The notes under the pieces are model-generated. The model saw only the letters and a list, made by a program, of their open reading frames with translations. It made no database searches and was not told the origin of the DNA. From Planctomycetota bacterium (GTDB lineage Bacteria; Planctomycetota; UBA1135; GCA-002748355): a stretch of 64,000 bases of DNA. Made by a program: the position numbers and the translations under genes. Positions 62,084-64,000 of this stretch are shown one piece after another (the stretch's first letter is position 1; each line of letters begins with the position of its first letter). The DNA is taken from the NCBI GenBank assembly GCA_027021385.1, contig JALUUL010000008.1, positions 87,469-151,468 on the forward strand, given 5' to 3'.

Positions 62084-62895
62084 CTCCCCCCCTCCTCGGA
62101 ACTCCTGCGAAGGACGACCGAATCTCCGGGATGGAGGTCCAGCTCCCGGTCGGCCGGCCGGTCCCGGCAGGCGAGTTCGAGCCGGCCCGCGCTGCCGACC
62201 AGGAGACAGGGCGAGCCGGAAGGAACGTCCGCGAAGGTCCGGACGAGGGGGGCGGGACCGGCCCTCGTCTCCGCATGGCAGGTTCCGCCCCCCTTCCAGG
62301 CTTCGAGGGCCGCGCGCTCGAGATGCAGGCCAAGGTTCCCGAAACGGTCCGCGACGAGGACGGGGACCCGCAAGGTCTCCCCGTCCTCGATCGGCGCCCG
62401 GATGTCGAGGCGGACGAGGGAGTCGGGCTCCACCTCCGGCCCGAAGGTCTCGATCGCCGCGCCGGCGGCGAGCCCCGCCGCGACCGGGGCGAAGAGATCC
62501 CGGCCGTGGAAGGTCGCCGAGACCTCGGGCAGGAAGGCCGCCTCGTTCTCGAGGGCGTGGACCCGGACCGGCCCCTCGGTCTCGAGGAGGAAGTGCGCGA
62601 GCCCGTTGTCCGGGGCCACGAGCACCCGATCCCCGAAGGCGAGGGCGAGGGCCCGCCGCTCGGTTCCGACGCCGGGGTCGACGACGGCGAGGACGACGGC
62701 GGGTTCGGGGAGGTAGGGCCAGGCGGCGGCCAGTTGCCAGGCGCCGGCGCGCAGGTCTCCCGGGGGGATCCCGTGCGCGAGATCGACGAGACGCAGCCCG
62801 GGCGCGAGTCGCAGCATGACGGCCTTCAGGACGCCCGCGTAGACGTCGCGATCCCCGAAGTCGGTCAGCAGGAAGACCGGCGCGGCCCCGTTCAC
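62080..62895 (-). CDS. SAM hydrolase / SAM hydroxide adenosyltransferase family protein (DUF62)
   Basis: GTG 62895 overlaps the upstream stop (GTGA). VFLLTDFGDRDVYAGVLKAVM, VVDPGVGTERR, TFHGRDLFAPVAA. Confidence 0.8.
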   Translation of the reverse strand: MNGAAPVFLLTDFGDRDVYAGVLKAVMLRLAPGLRLVDLAHGIPPGDLRAGAWQLAAAWPYLPEPAVVLAVVDPGVGTERRALALAFGDRVLVAPDNGLAHFLLETEGPVRVHALENEAAFLPEVSATFHGRDLFAPVAAGLAAGAAIETFGPEVEPDSLVRLDIRAPIEDGETLRVPVLVADRFGNLGLHLERAALEAWKGGGTCHAETRAGPAPLVRTFADVPSGSPCLLVGSAGRLELACRDRPADRELDLHPGDSVVLRRSSEEGGR

Positions 62896-63485
62896 CCCGG
62901 ATTCCCCTCGAGACCGAGTTCGGCGGCATGCGGTCTCAAGGCTTCGATCAAGGTCTCCACGTGGGCTCCGAACTCCACCCCGTAGATCTCGAGCCCCCGC
63001 AGGACCTCCTCGCGTTCGACCTTGGCCGCGAAGGAGCGGTCCTTGAACTTCTTCCTCACGCTCTTGGGTTTCAGGTCGGTGATCCCTCCGGGCCGCACGA
63101 GGCAGCATGCGACGAGAAAGCCGGTCAGCTCGTCCGAAGCTACGAGGGCTCGGGCCATCGGGCTGTCGTACGGCCGCCCCCATTTCGTGTAGTGGGCCGC
63201 GACGGCGTCGGCGATCCTCTCCTCCCCGAGTTCGCGCAGCCTCGCGACGATGCGCCCGGGATGCTCCTCGGGCCAGGCCTCGTAGTCCGCATCGTGCAGG
63301 AGACCCGCCGCCCCCCATTCGTCCTCGTCCTCCCCCTGCGCGGCCGCCAAGTGGCGCATGACGATCTCGACGCTCCTGGCATGACGGAGGAGACTCTCCC
63401 CCTTCGTCATCTCGTGCAGGATCTCCAGAGCCTCTTCCCTTCGCATGCGCGGAATGTACACGGGCCTGCGAGCCGCGGGAACCAT
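62892..63485 (-). CDS. HD-domain phosphohydrolase
   Basis: HARSVEIVMRHLA ... GLLHDADYE (H...HD). Alternative start ATG 63446 (MRREEAL), which would leave a more plausible divergent intergenic region. Confidence 0.75.
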   Translation of the reverse strand: MVPAARRPVYIPRMRREEALEILHEMTKGESLLRHARSVEIVMRHLAAAQGEDEDEWGAAGLLHDADYEAWPEEHPGRIVARLRELGEERIADAVAAHYTKWGRPYDSPMARALVASDELTGFLVACCLVRPGGITDLKPKSVRKKFKDRSFAAKVEREEVLRGLEIYGVEFGAHVETLIEALRPHAAELGLEGNPG

Positions 63486-63502
63486 CGGGTATCGTCGGTC
63501 GG

Positions 63503-64000
63503 ATGCGGAACCTCCCGGATCCGACGAAGGCCCACGGCGCCTGGGTGTTCCTGGGCCTCGCCGTCCTCGCCGGAGTGCTGACCGCCACCGGGCGGGGAGT
63601 GCTTCCGGCCCTTCTCGCGGGGCTCGCCTTCGCCGGTGTCTTCCTCGCGTCCAGCGGACTCTCCCTCCGCGGTTCGCGCCGGATTCGGCGGGTCCTGACG
63701 GGAACGGCCCTCGCCGGCGGCGCCGCGGGATCCGCGCTCTTCAGCGGGGCGGACCCCGCGTTCCTCTCCCATGCCCTCGTCGCGATCTTCCCGGCGGCCC
63801 TCTCGGGCTGGTTCGCGCTCCGCGAAGGCGTGCGTTTCCAGCTCGCCTGGGGATTCGCCGTCCCGGCTCTTCTCGTCGCCGCTCCGAGCGCCGCCTGCGC
63901 GGGTGGCGTCGCGCCCCTCCGAGCCTGGTTGCTGGCCCTCTCCCTCTTTCCGTTCTTCTTCTACCGGACCTGGGTCGTCGATCGCAGACTCCGGGAAAAC
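63503..64000 (+). CDS. Polytopic membrane protein, 5' partial at window end (YwiC-like; tentative)
   Basis: Not in the ORF track because it has no stop inside the window. ATG 63503 is in frame to 64000 (166 codons): MRNLPDPTKAHGAWVFLGLAVLAGVLTATG... with at least 5 hydrophobic segments and GC-rich third positions. Confidence 0.45.
   Translation, partial: MRNLPDPTKAHGAWVFLGLAVLAGVLTATGRGVLPALLAGLAFAGVFLASSGLSLRGSRRIRRVLTGTALAGGAAGSALFSGADPAFLSHALVAIFPAALSGWFALREGVRFQLAWGFAVPALLVAAPSAACAGGVAPLRAWLLALSLFPFFFYRTWVVDRRLREN

Noticed and set aside
62084-62929. Upstream 280 codons of tracked ORF 61181..62929, which would give a 582-aa IMPase
   Set aside because: They overlap the DUF62 gene in another frame and are R/P-rich. 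The IMPase homology begins just after GTG 62083.

Overview
GC-rich (by eye about two-thirds G+C; not computed), almost fully coding bacterial chromosomal segment. I support about 40 protein genes. I recognised no rRNA, tRNA, CRISPR array, transposase, integrase or phage genes. Because of the GC content, nearly every real gene is shadowed by long R/P/G-rich ORFs in other frames. I chose frames by catalytic motifs, signal peptides or TM segments, and start/stop coupling, and several tracked ORFs were trimmed to internal starts.

The window has three blocks.
(i) 1.5-20.9 kb, + strand: a translationally coupled 11-gene MoxR / DUF58 / vWA Bat-like cluster. It is extended by a 1492-aa double beta-propeller, two secreted QW-repeat (prenyltransferase/squalene-oxidase-like) proteins, a two-TM membrane protein, a 928-aa coiled-coil protein and a small basic secreted protein.
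(ii) 20.9-40.7 kb, mixed strands: amidohydrolase, a propeller plus di-haem peroxidase-like protein, a sugar nucleotidyltransferase, a 14-repeat FG-GAP lipoprotein, NfeD-FloA, HEAT and membrane proteins, a Zn peptidase, and two CarboxypepD_reg-repeat proteins.
(iii) 40.7-63.5 kb, an uninterrupted minus-strand array, listed in transcription order (descending coordinates): HD protein, DUF62 SAM hydrolase, IMPase, a 1938-1950-aa tandem (double) UvrA, an XPB helicase and a partner protein, thiE / S26-like / thiL / tsaE, then ECF sigma -> membrane protein -> TolC-like -> HEAT lipoprotein -> an MglA-like GTPase fused to a histidine kinase.

Best candidates for something undescribed:
- the MglA::histidine-kinase fusion and its ECF/TolC/HEAT operon;
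- the expanded MoxR-vWA supercluster;
- the covalent UvrA dimer next to an XPB helicase whose partner carries a copy of the XPB N-terminal domain (reminiscent of eukaryotic XPB-p52).

All family calls come from motif recognition by eye. No database search was run.
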